Shown: positions 45,138-53,705 of the stretch, in pieces | How positions within the stretch are numbered: the stretch's first letter is position 1 | Layout of the letters: each line of letters starts with the position of its first letter | IMG/VR virus record: IMGVR_UViG_3300031974_001836 | Source of the DNA: an uncultured virus (IMG/VR IMGVR_UViG_3300031974_001836) | Lineage: Duplodnaviria > Heunggongvirae > Uroviricota > Caudoviricetes | Length of the DNA: 64,000 nucleotides | Direction: 5' to 3' (one strand) | Program-made: the position numbers and the translations under genes | Notes under the pieces: model-generated | What the model saw: the letters and a program-made list of their open reading frames with translations, nothing else | The model's database searches: none | What the model was told of the DNA's origin: nothing

Positions 45138-45203
45138 GATAGTGTCCTTCTGTTAATAAGGTATAATAAGTTAGCATAATACGATAAGTTTATCACATTC
45201 AAC

Positions 45204-45211
45204 TATTTATA
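45204..45211 (-). promoter_or_regulatory. T4-type late promoter
   Basis: TATAAATA. Confidence 0.8.
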
Positions 45212-45234
45212 ACTTGTTAGATTTTGCCGTTATA

Positions 45235-46848
45235 TTACCATAAATCGGGTTCATATGGCACCTCCCACTGCTCTCGTGGGTCTGTTTCTCGGTGCTCTAC
45301 TTGAGTAATAAACTCACTGCCGTCATCGATAATACCGAACGGTGGGATGTCGTCTTCGATCTCTTTCATTCGTTGATCGAATAGCATCTGCTTGATATTA
45401 ACATCGGTCATGTCACCGAAGGATCGGGTACCAACGAAGTATCCGAACATCACTAGGTTCATCATCAAGTCGTCATGGTTTCCGTCGCTTGCCTCGAACG
45501 ATTGTCCCTTAGATACGAATGTGGAGATCTCTAGGATAGTGTTCTCATCAACGATGCTTAACTTGTGGTTCTCAATGATGTCCTTGATCGCAGAACACCC
45601 AATACGTTTGACCTTACGATCCATGCGGATGCCGATTGCATTTGCCTTGATTGCAGACTCAAGGTGAATATTCTCATACTCCATATCCTGATATAGACCC
45701 ACACAGACAACCATCCCAGCATCGTTGTTTTCAATAACAACGTATGCCTCGTTATAAAGCATTCCGTACTTATAAATAATCGTGGGGTAGAGTATTGGAG
45801 AAATAGTATTGTTTCGATATACAGCGACTTGTTTGAATGGTCTTTGTGAAACGTCGATTACCGTAAATGTCGAGTAATCCTGTCCTCTACCCTGACTAAC
45901 ATCCACTGTCATGATGTACTGGTGATCTTCTTCCGGTTCTTCATAGATGAGTAAATCCCCACCCTCGTATCGATGGACGGGTTCACGAGCACGAAGGTCT
46001 AGCAACACCTGACCTTCGATCAATGTGTTACCCGTCCCGAAGAACGTATTACCGAATTCCTGATCGAACTGTAAACCCGATGTGTTGGCAATCGTCTGTG
46101 CCTTCCATTTCTCATCTCGGCCTGGTACATCCCACCAATCCACACGGAAGGGTTTGTACTGATTTACTCCTTGCACAGCACCCTCCCAGATCTTGTGGTA
46201 GGTATTGCCGATACCGTTCGCAGTAGACGTAATGATGACCTTGGTGTCTTTACCCGATGAGATTACCGGATAGGTAGATGTATAGAACTCTGCCGCATTC
46301 TCAACAAACGCAAACTCATCTAGGAATAGTAGGTTGACCGACATACCACGAATCGATGATCCGGATGTTGCGGCCGCAATGATACGAGAGTTGTTCGAGA
46401 ATTCCAGTGACCCCTTGTTCAGTGCCTTACACCCTGGTTGTAAGAAGAATGGTAGGTTCTCCAACATGAGTGTGACCCGTGCCAACATCTCACGGGCAAC
46501 CGCACCTTTGTTCGCAAGGATTGCGATGGTCTTCTCTGGGTGAAATAGTGCATACCACAATAGGTACCCAACCGAACTAATCGACTTGCCTGACTGACGG
46601 CATGCTAGTACGATGTTGAATCGGTTGTCGTTGAAGTGCTCGAACATCTTCTCCTGATACGGATAGAGTTTGAATGGCACCAGACCTTTATCTAGGTGAA
46701 TAACCTTGACGTATTTGCGGCAGAAGTACGAAGGATCTTTCATGCACTTCTTGTACTCACGCAGTTTCTTGGCATCCCACTCTTCTGAGACACCATCTTT
46801 CTTTACGTTCGGATTGCCTAGGTAGGATTCTTTTGTATAACTACTCAT
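45235..46848 (-). CDS. gp17: terminase large subunit (gp17)
   Basis: YLGNPN, RQSGKS, LDEFAF, STANG, VDVSQG and HDDLMM. Confidence 0.97.
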   Translation of the reverse strand: MSSYTKESYLGNPNVKKDGVSEEWDAKKLREYKKCMKDPSYFCRKYVKVIHLDKGLVPFKLYPYQEKMFEHFNDNRFNIVLACRQSGKSISSVGYLLWYALFHPEKTIAILANKGAVAREMLARVTLMLENLPFFLQPGCKALNKGSLEFSNNSRIIAAATSGSSIRGMSVNLLFLDEFAFVENAAEFYTSTYPVISSGKDTKVIITSTANGIGNTYHKIWEGAVQGVNQYKPFRVDWWDVPGRDEKWKAQTIANTSGLQFDQEFGNTFFGTGNTLIEGQVLLDLRAREPVHRYEGGDLLIYEEPEEDHQYIMTVDVSQGRGQDYSTFTVIDVSQRPFKQVAVYRNNTISPILYPTIIYKYGMLYNEAYVVIENNDAGMVVCVGLYQDMEYENIHLESAIKANAIGIRMDRKVKRIGCSAIKDIIENHKLSIVDENTILEISTFVSKGQSFEASDGNHDDLMMNLVMFGYFVGTRSFGDMTDVNIKQMLFDQRMKEIEDDIPPFGIIDDGSEFITQVEHRETDPREQWEVPYEPDLW

Positions 46849-47227
46849 CTTCGTCTTGGTCTATAACTTTCTCATCACCCAATAGCATACGTTGCAAATC
46901 AGTGGTCGACCCGACAAATAGATTATTATTAGTAGTTGTTGCTTCGGCAGGTTTGTCTTCTTTCTGAAGTTCTTTTTGTTTCTTGTTGAGATCCATCAAC
47001 TTATCGTTGACATCTGCGATCCCTTTTATCATATTGGATAATACTTCAAACGCACGTGGGTGCTCTGACTCACGTGCCACTTCGATCATGAGTTCTAGTG
47101 ACTCACGACCCTTTTCGATCAGATCATAGTAAGTGTCACGAGAGTACTCATAGTCTTGCTCGTGCACGAAGTTTTTCTTCTGGTCTTCGTTAAACACTGC
47201 TGGGGGTTTACGATTGTCTCTCATCAC
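46841..47227 (-). CDS. gp16: terminase small subunit (gp16)
   Basis: DYEYSR, SEHPRAFEV and NNLFVGSTTDL. Confidence 0.93.
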   Translation of the reverse strand: MMRDNRKPPAVFNEDQKKNFVHEQDYEYSRDTYYDLIEKGRESLELMIEVARESEHPRAFEVLSNMIKGIADVNDKLMDLNKKQKELQKEDKPAEATTTNNNLFVGSTTDLQRMLLGDEKVIDQDEDE

Positions 47228-47993
47228 TTACTTCCACATTGAACCCAAAGTCTCCGTCCGGACTTACGTCGATCGGGTCTGGGGTTACTCTAACATTTTC
47301 TAAAAACGAGGAAGATCCGTCGTCTCTATCGATGATATTTAGATCTGTGTTAACTTCCCTGATCACTGGTGATCCACCCTCTGGTCCATAGAAGTGAGTC
47401 TTCATCTCAAACGTTAACGTGTATATAATAGTACGACGCTGCTCTAGTGGACCTTCGTAGTCATCTGAGAAGGAGACTGACGATATAATGATCGGTACGT
47501 CTTCTTTGATGTCTGGTTGATCTGAAAATGGTTTAATAGTTAGAGTATACTGTGGTGAAAAGTACGGTAGGATCTGCTCCACTACTTGTAGTGCATCATC
47601 CTGTGACTTGGCATACACACTCAGTTCAAATGTCAAATTGTAAGGCACCCCTACGTACATACGGTTAGATACCGTCCCGTCTGCATTGGCAACCCTACGA
47701 GTGAATGTGTTTACTTTAGGTAATTGACGTGCCGCATCGTAAGCAATTGCGGAGATCTCGAAAGACATCCTCGGCAGTTTGATTGCCACTCTACGTTCAG
47801 CATCCTCACCTTGGGTCATCTCGGCAAGCCTTGCCATGAAGTTCCTCTTAGGAGAGTATGATAAAGGCACCTTCGTTTGAGAGATGACCTTGCCCGTTGA
47901 GTTAGTTCTTAATATCTTTAAGTCGTCGAACATAGATCCGAATATCGCAACACACGTACGGATCTTCTTGTGATAAAAGTGCCCCGTCATCAT
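47208..47993 (-). CDS. gp15: tail sheath stabilizer/completion protein (gp15)
   Basis: HFYH, FGSMF, VPLSY, LPRMSFE and EQILPYF. Confidence 0.93.
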   Translation of the reverse strand: MMTGHFYHKKIRTCVAIFGSMFDDLKILRTNSTGKVISQTKVPLSYSPKRNFMARLAEMTQGEDAERRVAIKLPRMSFEISAIAYDAARQLPKVNTFTRRVANADGTVSNRMYVGVPYNLTFELSVYAKSQDDALQVVEQILPYFSPQYTLTIKPFSDQPDIKEDVPIIISSVSFSDDYEGPLEQRRTIIYTLTFEMKTHFYGPEGGSPVIREVNTDLNIIDRDDGSSSFLENVRVTPDPIDVSPDGDFGFNVEVSDERQS

Positions 47994-48874
47994 TCTAATA
48001 TATCTCCAAATGGGTTCGATTCAGTGAAGTCGACGAAGTCATTCGCAAAGTCATTGAACATCTTATTCTGTGCGTCTGGTTGTATCTTTGTGATGTTCTC
48101 TTCTTCAGAGACCGGAATCAACTGACCAAACTGACCTACTACAGGTTTGTCAGTTACCCACTCGTGCCACTGCCCGTCGTCTGCCCTTGTATGTGCAATC
48201 TTCAGCATCCTAGTGTCAGAGTTCCATGAGGTTACCTCACCCTGTAAGGTATAGGAATCAGAGACTTGCACTACGTTCTCACCTACGATATAATAAGAGT
48301 TGTCACCTTCAGTTCGGCCTGGCATCTGTAGTTCGTATTGGAATGCCCCCTCAACTTCGATCTGATCGATGCTTGCAATTCCCGTATCGAAGTCTTCGTC
48401 TGAGAACTCGAACAGTTCGCACTGAACACGGAATAATGGTAGTTGACTCAACTGGTAGAATGGAGTTTCGGTCTCCACCTTCATAACTTGGAACAGTGAC
48501 TCGGATAGAGGTAAGTAAATTACGTCACCCTCACGTGGACGGAACTGTGCTTCTGCCAGACGATCTCCAACAAGTTGCTTCCATCGACGACGTGCGATAA
48601 CGAACGTTGCTTGGTCACGTAACTCAATACCGAACTTGGTGAAGATGTCTCCCTCACCATCAAATGCCTCACTGTTCTCGATGAACACCTCTATCTTGTA
48701 TGCGTCAGAGAACTGAGACTCGATTGCATCTAAGAAGATCTCCTCCTTTTCAACAATCTCTCTCGGTAGATAGTATACGTCCTGACCATAAAACTGAATT
48801 GCTTCAATGATCAAGTCTTCATAGAGATTCTGTTCTTCTCTATGTTTTTGACTGATATATCGGTTAGTGGCCAT
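47990..48874 (-). CDS. gp14: neck protein (gp14)
   Basis: GQDVYYLPR, KFG, PREGDVIYLP, PFYQL and ESNPFG. Confidence 0.93.
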   Translation of the reverse strand: MATNRYISQKHREEQNLYEDLIIEAIQFYGQDVYYLPREIVEKEEIFLDAIESQFSDAYKIEVFIENSEAFDGEGDIFTKFGIELRDQATFVIARRRWKQLVGDRLAEAQFRPREGDVIYLPLSESLFQVMKVETETPFYQLSQLPLFRVQCELFEFSDEDFDTGIASIDQIEVEGAFQYELQMPGRTEGDNSYYIVGENVVQVSDSYTLQGEVTSWNSDTRMLKIAHTRADDGQWHEWVTDKPVVGQFGQLIPVSEEENITKIQPDAQNKMFNDFANDFVDFTESNPFGDILE

Positions 48875-48877
48875 GCC

Positions 48878-49648
48878 TTACCCCATAAAGAACATTGGAC
48901 CTTCGTCCTCTTCCATTCGGAACTTTTCCATTATCCTTTCGATGTCTGCTAGGGCATCTTCGTAGATAAGACGTGCGTTAACGGTCACACCACCAGGGAG
49001 TGCCATGCCGTCAAACTTAATTAGGTTGGTGCCCCACTGACGTTTGATCAGTGCGGTTGCATATTCTTTGACGAATCGGTGATTCCATAGAGAGTTATAC
49101 TCAGTTACTGAGTCATCTGGATCACGGATAGTGTAAACTTCGAACAGAACGTAGTCGTCGACCTTCAGTTTTGTTTTGGAAATATGTAGATTAATTCTAT
49201 TATACTGTCGGTCAAATGTCAACTGTGGAGTGCCACCAAGTTTCATATCTAGTAGTGACAGATGTTGTTGCATAGATTCGTAGTGTGCAAGGTCACCAAG
49301 GATACCACCCTGACGTGTAAAGTCTGAGATAGTGTATGCCATTACCTGCCATGCATCACTGAACCATCCACGATGCGCAGTGTTGAATGTCATAGGGACC
49401 ATGCGTACGACGGCAGACAAGTCTAGGGTATCATCCAAGTCGACATACTGATTGTCGATGTCAGTCTGTGTTATTTGATGCTTCAGGTAGAATCGTTTCT
49501 GACCGTCCGGATGATGCTCACGGAACCACTGTAGTGCCTCTTCAATTCGATCATCCAATTGCTCATCGTCGACGTTAATGTCGACCACTGGATGTCCCAG
49601 ATTGCGTAGACAGTACTCTATCAATTCATCTCTGCTGTTAACGTACAT
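48878..49648 (-). CDS. gp13: neck protein (gp13)
   Basis: LRNLGHPV.DINV, YATALIKRQWGTNLIKF and LPGGVTVN. Confidence 0.93.
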   Translation of the reverse strand: MYVNSRDELIEYCLRNLGHPVVDINVDDEQLDDRIEEALQWFREHHPDGQKRFYLKHQITQTDIDNQYVDLDDTLDLSAVVRMVPMTFNTAHRGWFSDAWQVMAYTISDFTRQGGILGDLAHYESMQQHLSLLDMKLGGTPQLTFDRQYNRINLHISKTKLKVDDYVLFEVYTIRDPDDSVTEYNSLWNHRFVKEYATALIKRQWGTNLIKFDGMALPGGVTVNARLIYEDALADIERIMEKFRMEEDEGPMFFMG

Positions 49649-49676
49649 TTCTGTTGTCCCAAGGTTATACTATCTC

Positions 49677-49684
49677 TATTTATA
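49677..49684 (-). promoter_or_regulatory. T4-type late promoter
   Basis: TATAAATA. Confidence 0.8.
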
Positions 49685-49703
49685 CAAATTTTATTTGGGG
49701 CAT

Positions 49704-49730
49704 AAAAAAAGGGAGACCGAAGTCTCCCCT
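49704..49730 (-). terminator. intrinsic terminator
   Basis: GGGAGAC-TTCG-GTCTCCC-T7. Confidence 0.9.
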
Positions 49731-49749
49731 TTCCTAATATACTAAGATA

Positions 49750-52700
49750 TTAGTTAACTAGAGTACCAGCAACATTGTAAATGTTGATACGGTAGTATTC
49801 ACCGTGTTGACCGTCTAGTTGATCTGCGTTTGTTGCATTGTCTGGAACTAGAGCACCTTCTGTTTCTGAGATGTCTAGTGAGAACTTACCAGATGCTTCA
49901 TCGTAGTCGATGCAAGAGTTTGCATCCGCACCAACACATGCCTTGGCACGTGCTTCGGTGAAGTATAGGTTCGTTGAACCTTCTGATACGTTATCAGTGT
50001 TCCATGCTTCGATTCCTGTTACAGAACCTTCTAGTGCAGAGATACGAGTAGTGTTAGAACTAACAACACTAGTGATCGAACCATCAGCTGCTTGGAATGC
50101 CGCAACAATCTCTGTTAAAGAGTCTAGTGCTGCAGGATCAGTATTCTGCTTGACAAAGTCAATTGAAGACTGAAGTGCCGCTTCTGCACCTTGAGCACGA
50201 GATACCTCTGCCGCAAGATCAGACGAGATACCACTTTCTGCTGTTTGAGCACGTAACGTTTCTGCCGCAATTGCCGATGCGTTTGCCGCAATAGCAACAT
50301 CCTGATCAGCATCCTTACCTTCGATAGTACCAGCACGAGTCTGAAGTGCCGCAATATCTGCATCGTTAGATGTGATCTGAGACTGTAGACCAGATTCTGC
50401 CGCAGTTGCACGGGTCTCTTCTGCTGAGATAGCAGATGCGTTTGACGCAATGTCTGTATCGTTAGCAGTGATCTGTGCCTGTAGTGCTGAGTCACCCGAT
50501 GCACGTGCATTCTCTTCTGCAGTCAAGTCTGCTTCAAGAGCAGTGATGTTGTTCTCTGCAGTCGTTAGACGTGTAGAGTTGCTAGAGATTACAGTTTGTA
50601 GATCTGAGTCTGCACCTTCAAATGCGTTGATGATCTCGACGAATGTATCCAGAGTACCTGGTGCACCACCTAGGATGGTACCAACCTGATTCTGTAGAGA
50701 AACAACGTCTGCTTCGATTGCCGCATCTGCGTTAGAACGAGCAGTGATTTCAGAGGCAATGTTTGCCGCATTAACTGCTTCCGCAGAAGTCGCACGTGAG
50801 ATCTCTGAGTTCAATTGACTCTGTAGAGATGAATCACCTGAGATACGAGCTGCTTCTTCATCATCAATCTGACCCTGTAGACCACTTACATCACCACTTG
50901 TAGATGACGTTAGAGAGTCGATGCTTGACTGTAGTCCAGATTCAACACCTTGTGCACGTGCTGTCTCTGTAGACACTGCAGTTGCGTTAGAAGTGATTAG
51001 AGTCTGTAGATCTGAATCTGCATCCTCGAATGCCGCAACAATCTCAACGATTGTGTCTAGTGATTCACCAGAACCGTTTAGGATTGCGTCAACACGACCA
51101 CTTACTACGTCAACAGCTGCTTGTACAATTGCGTCACCTGTGTCAGCGTGTGCCTTAGCACTTGCTTCTGCCGCATCTGCTTTAGAAGTCGCATCTGATG
51201 AAGCAGTTGAGATTGCTTCTGATTTGGCAGTAGCGATTGCAGAAGTTAGAGATGAAGTATCTCCAGACTGTAATGAACTTAGTGCTTCAATTTCAGATTC
51301 TAGTTCGTTAATAGATTGAGCAACAGTAAGTTGACCAACTGAAGCAACCGGCATCCCGATTGTATGTAAACTCAAACCAAACTCTTCATTTGAGTTTACG
51401 TTTGCTTCGTAAAGTGCAGTTGGGGTAGAAGATAAGCTATTTGCATTATACGCCCACACTTCACCATTACCATTAGGAGTAGAGTTACTAGTATTAGTGT
51501 CCTGACCGTATGTTACATATCGGGTAACATATAGTTTATCATCTACTACTTTAATCGATCTACCAAATTCAGCACTTTGAGTCACATGGTTAGGTGGGAA
51601 ATTCAAAGTAGATTTGTTTCCACTGGACTTATCGTAAAGATAAACAAATCCAGACATACTACCGCCACTATTTTCTTGACCATGTGCACTAATAACCACA
51701 TGTGTATCGGTGAATGTTATATTCTCACCGAAATAGTCACCTGAACTTCCACCATTACTGAAGTCCGAACTGGTAAAAGATACGATAGGTGTTGACGTAG
51801 GATTCGATAATGAAAACTTATGTACACTACCACCAGTATTTCCTACTGGTAGATTATATGTCGTACCCGCTGATCCATAAGAAGGAGATCCAGTTGAGAC
51901 CCAAAGATCATCACCATCAACAAAACTAAACTTACCGAAGTTTTTCCAACCTGGGGCTGAACTTTGAGCAGTAAGTTTATGAGAATATGACGATGACGTT
52001 AAACTAGAAACTCCACCTGAGATGTCAAATATAGTTGACGATCCACCTCCGTGGGGTGCAGTATTTTCATCATCAGTAGATGAACCACCATTTGCTACAA
52101 GATCATTAACAGATCCTACAATAAGTTTATTATCACTTATCGTAACTGAATAACCAAATCCTGTCGAACTACCCGAAGATGAAGGTGAGTCTGAATGCAG
52201 TATTACTGGATCAGCAGAAAGGTCTGCTAAACTATAAATCAAAACCGCACCTGTTGTTTCCAAACTTCTTGCTTGCCAATCACCTAAATCCAAGTACTCT
52301 TGACGTGTGCTAGGAGTATACCACCAAGGAGCACCTACGAATAGGTGAGTTGATGATAGTGCAATAGATCCAGTGGCACCGAATCCCGTGTTTGGCTTCG
52401 GTGGAATAACTGCCGTTGGCGCTGCGGATAAATCGTTAGTATCATAAAGCCAAACCACTCCAAGGCTTGAATTTCCACTATCAGATTCTTCTGCCGGTGA
52501 CGCAACTGCCAAAACAGAACCATTCTGAGCAACACTCTCACCAAAACGATCCCATGCATGCTCGCCATCAACTGCTGGATTAGCAATAGAGATTGGAGTT
52601 GTAGGGTTTTCTGGGTCATAAATGTGTATAGCTTCAGGGTAATCGGATGGTCCTGATTTTGACTGTACAACAAGACGACCGTCAAATGTCGGTGGAGCTG

Positions 52701-53634
52701 GTGGGAGTAACGCAGTGTCTCCGATTGTTGCATCTAGAGTTGAAATTGACGATGCATTTGCCTGTTCTGCCGCAGTTGCACGAGCAGTTTCAGCAGCGAT
52801 ATCAGTAGAGTTCTGTGCAACCGCACCAGTTAGAGTGCTATCCGCATTTTCAAATGCAGTAACGATCTCTTGTAGAGTATCCAGTGTTGATGGAGAAGAA
52901 CCTACGATGATGTCAATTTGACCCTGTAGACTTGCATCACCTGCGTCAGCGTGTGCCTTAGCACTTGCTTCTGCCGCATCTGCCTTAGCAGTTGCGTCTG
53001 CTTCGTTTGCAGAATCACCAGCAATACGTGCCGCAGTTTCTGTCGCAAGACTTGAAGATGAACCAGTAGATGCCGCATCAACGTATGCCTTAGTTGCCGC
53101 ATCTTGTGCCGCAGTTGGATCTGCCATGTTAGTAACTTTGTTACTGTCCATGTCAACTTCAGCAGCCATCTGAATGTTAGATGAACCTGAAGATGTGCTG
53201 ATACCAGAAGTACGGTTGTTTGCAGCTGCAATTGCCGCAGCGTTTGCCGCGATGTCTGCATCGTTAGAAGTTACCTGACTTTGTAGGTCAGCAACGTCTG
53301 TTGGTGTTGCAACACCGTTCGTTAGAGTAGTGTTGATTGTTGCGATATCAGCAGCGTTCTGAGCAACAGAACCTGTTAGAGAACTATCTGCATTTTCAAA
53401 TGCCGCAACGATTTCCTGAAGCGTGTCAAGTGTTTCTGGGGAAGTCCCTAGAATAGCACTTACCTGCGCTTGTAGGTCTGCGATGTCAGAAGAAGTCAGA
53501 CCTGCAACAGCATCGGCAATTGCGGAAGGTACAACCTTACCATCTGCACCGATTACAGTTACGTCGTCGATAGAAAGACCACCACCGTGGATATCAACTC
53601 CGTTCTGTATTCTAAATTTTTTATTTGTAGCCAT
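49750..53634 (-). CDS. fibre/whisker-like structural protein (1294 aa) with coiled-coil repeats and an internal beta-propeller
   Basis: LDTLxEIVxAF and ExxRAxxAE repeats; central FG-GAP-like repeats (FGESVA, FGYSV, FGRSI); located upstream of gp13. Confidence 0.75.
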   Translation of the reverse strand: MATNKKFRIQNGVDIHGGGLSIDDVTVIGADGKVVPSAIADAVAGLTSSDIADLQAQVSAILGTSPETLDTLQEIVAAFENADSSLTGSVAQNAADIATINTTLTNGVATPTDVADLQSQVTSNDADIAANAAAIAAANNRTSGISTSSGSSNIQMAAEVDMDSNKVTNMADPTAAQDAATKAYVDAASTGSSSSLATETAARIAGDSANEADATAKADAAEASAKAHADAGDASLQGQIDIIVGSSPSTLDTLQEIVTAFENADSTLTGAVAQNSTDIAAETARATAAEQANASSISTLDATIGDTALLPPAPPTFDGRLVVQSKSGPSDYPEAIHIYDPENPTTPISIANPAVDGEHAWDRFGESVAQNGSVLAVASPAEESDSGNSSLGVVWLYDTNDLSAAPTAVIPPKPNTGFGATGSIALSSTHLFVGAPWWYTPSTRQEYLDLGDWQARSLETTGAVLIYSLADLSADPVILHSDSPSSSGSSTGFGYSVTISDNKLIVGSVNDLVANGGSSTDDENTAPHGGGSSTIFDISGGVSSLTSSSYSHKLTAQSSAPGWKNFGKFSFVDGDDLWVSTGSPSYGSAGTTYNLPVGNTGGSVHKFSLSNPTSTPIVSFTSSDFSNGGSSGDYFGENITFTDTHVVISAHGQENSGGSMSGFVYLYDKSSGNKSTLNFPPNHVTQSAEFGRSIKVVDDKLYVTRYVTYGQDTNTSNSTPNGNGEVWAYNANSLSSTPTALYEANVNSNEEFGLSLHTIGMPVASVGQLTVAQSINELESEIEALSSLQSGDTSSLTSAIATAKSEAISTASSDATSKADAAEASAKAHADTGDAIVQAAVDVVSGRVDAILNGSGESLDTIVEIVAAFEDADSDLQTLITSNATAVSTETARAQGVESGLQSSIDSLTSSTSGDVSGLQGQIDDEEAARISGDSSLQSQLNSEISRATSAEAVNAANIASEITARSNADAAIEADVVSLQNQVGTILGGAPGTLDTFVEIINAFEGADSDLQTVISSNSTRLTTAENNITALEADLTAEENARASGDSALQAQITANDTDIASNASAISAEETRATAAESGLQSQITSNDADIAALQTRAGTIEGKDADQDVAIAANASAIAAETLRAQTAESGISSDLAAEVSRAQGAEAALQSSIDFVKQNTDPAALDSLTEIVAAFQAADGSITSVVSSNTTRISALEGSVTGIEAWNTDNVSEGSTNLYFTEARAKACVGADANSCIDYDEASGKFSLDISETEGALVPDNATNADQLDGQHGEYYRINIYNVAGTLVN
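51142..52983. repeat. 39-bp perfect direct repeat (51142-51180 and 52945-52983)
   Basis: gtcagcgtgtgccttagcacttgcttctgccgcatctgc occurs twice, 1803 nt apart. Confidence 0.9.
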
Positions 53635-53663
53635 TTTTGCTTACCTTTTAGAATTTGAATGAT

Positions 53664-53686
53664 GGGGGGAGACTGATTCTCCCCCC
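53664..53686 (-). other. GC-rich intergenic hairpin without U tract
   Basis: GGGGGGAGA/TCTCCCCCC 9-bp stem. Confidence 0.55.
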
Positions 53687-53705
53687 GACTATTATGAAGT
53701 TGTTA

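Noticed and set aside
45771..45778. Plus-strand TATAAATA inside gp17
   Set aside because: It lies within coding sequence with no plus-strand gene downstream and is probably a chance match.
12220..46848. Introns, inteins or homing endonucleases in gp43, gp41, uvsX or gp17
   Set aside because: All are continuous ORFs of normal length with no intein, HNH or GIY-YIG motifs.
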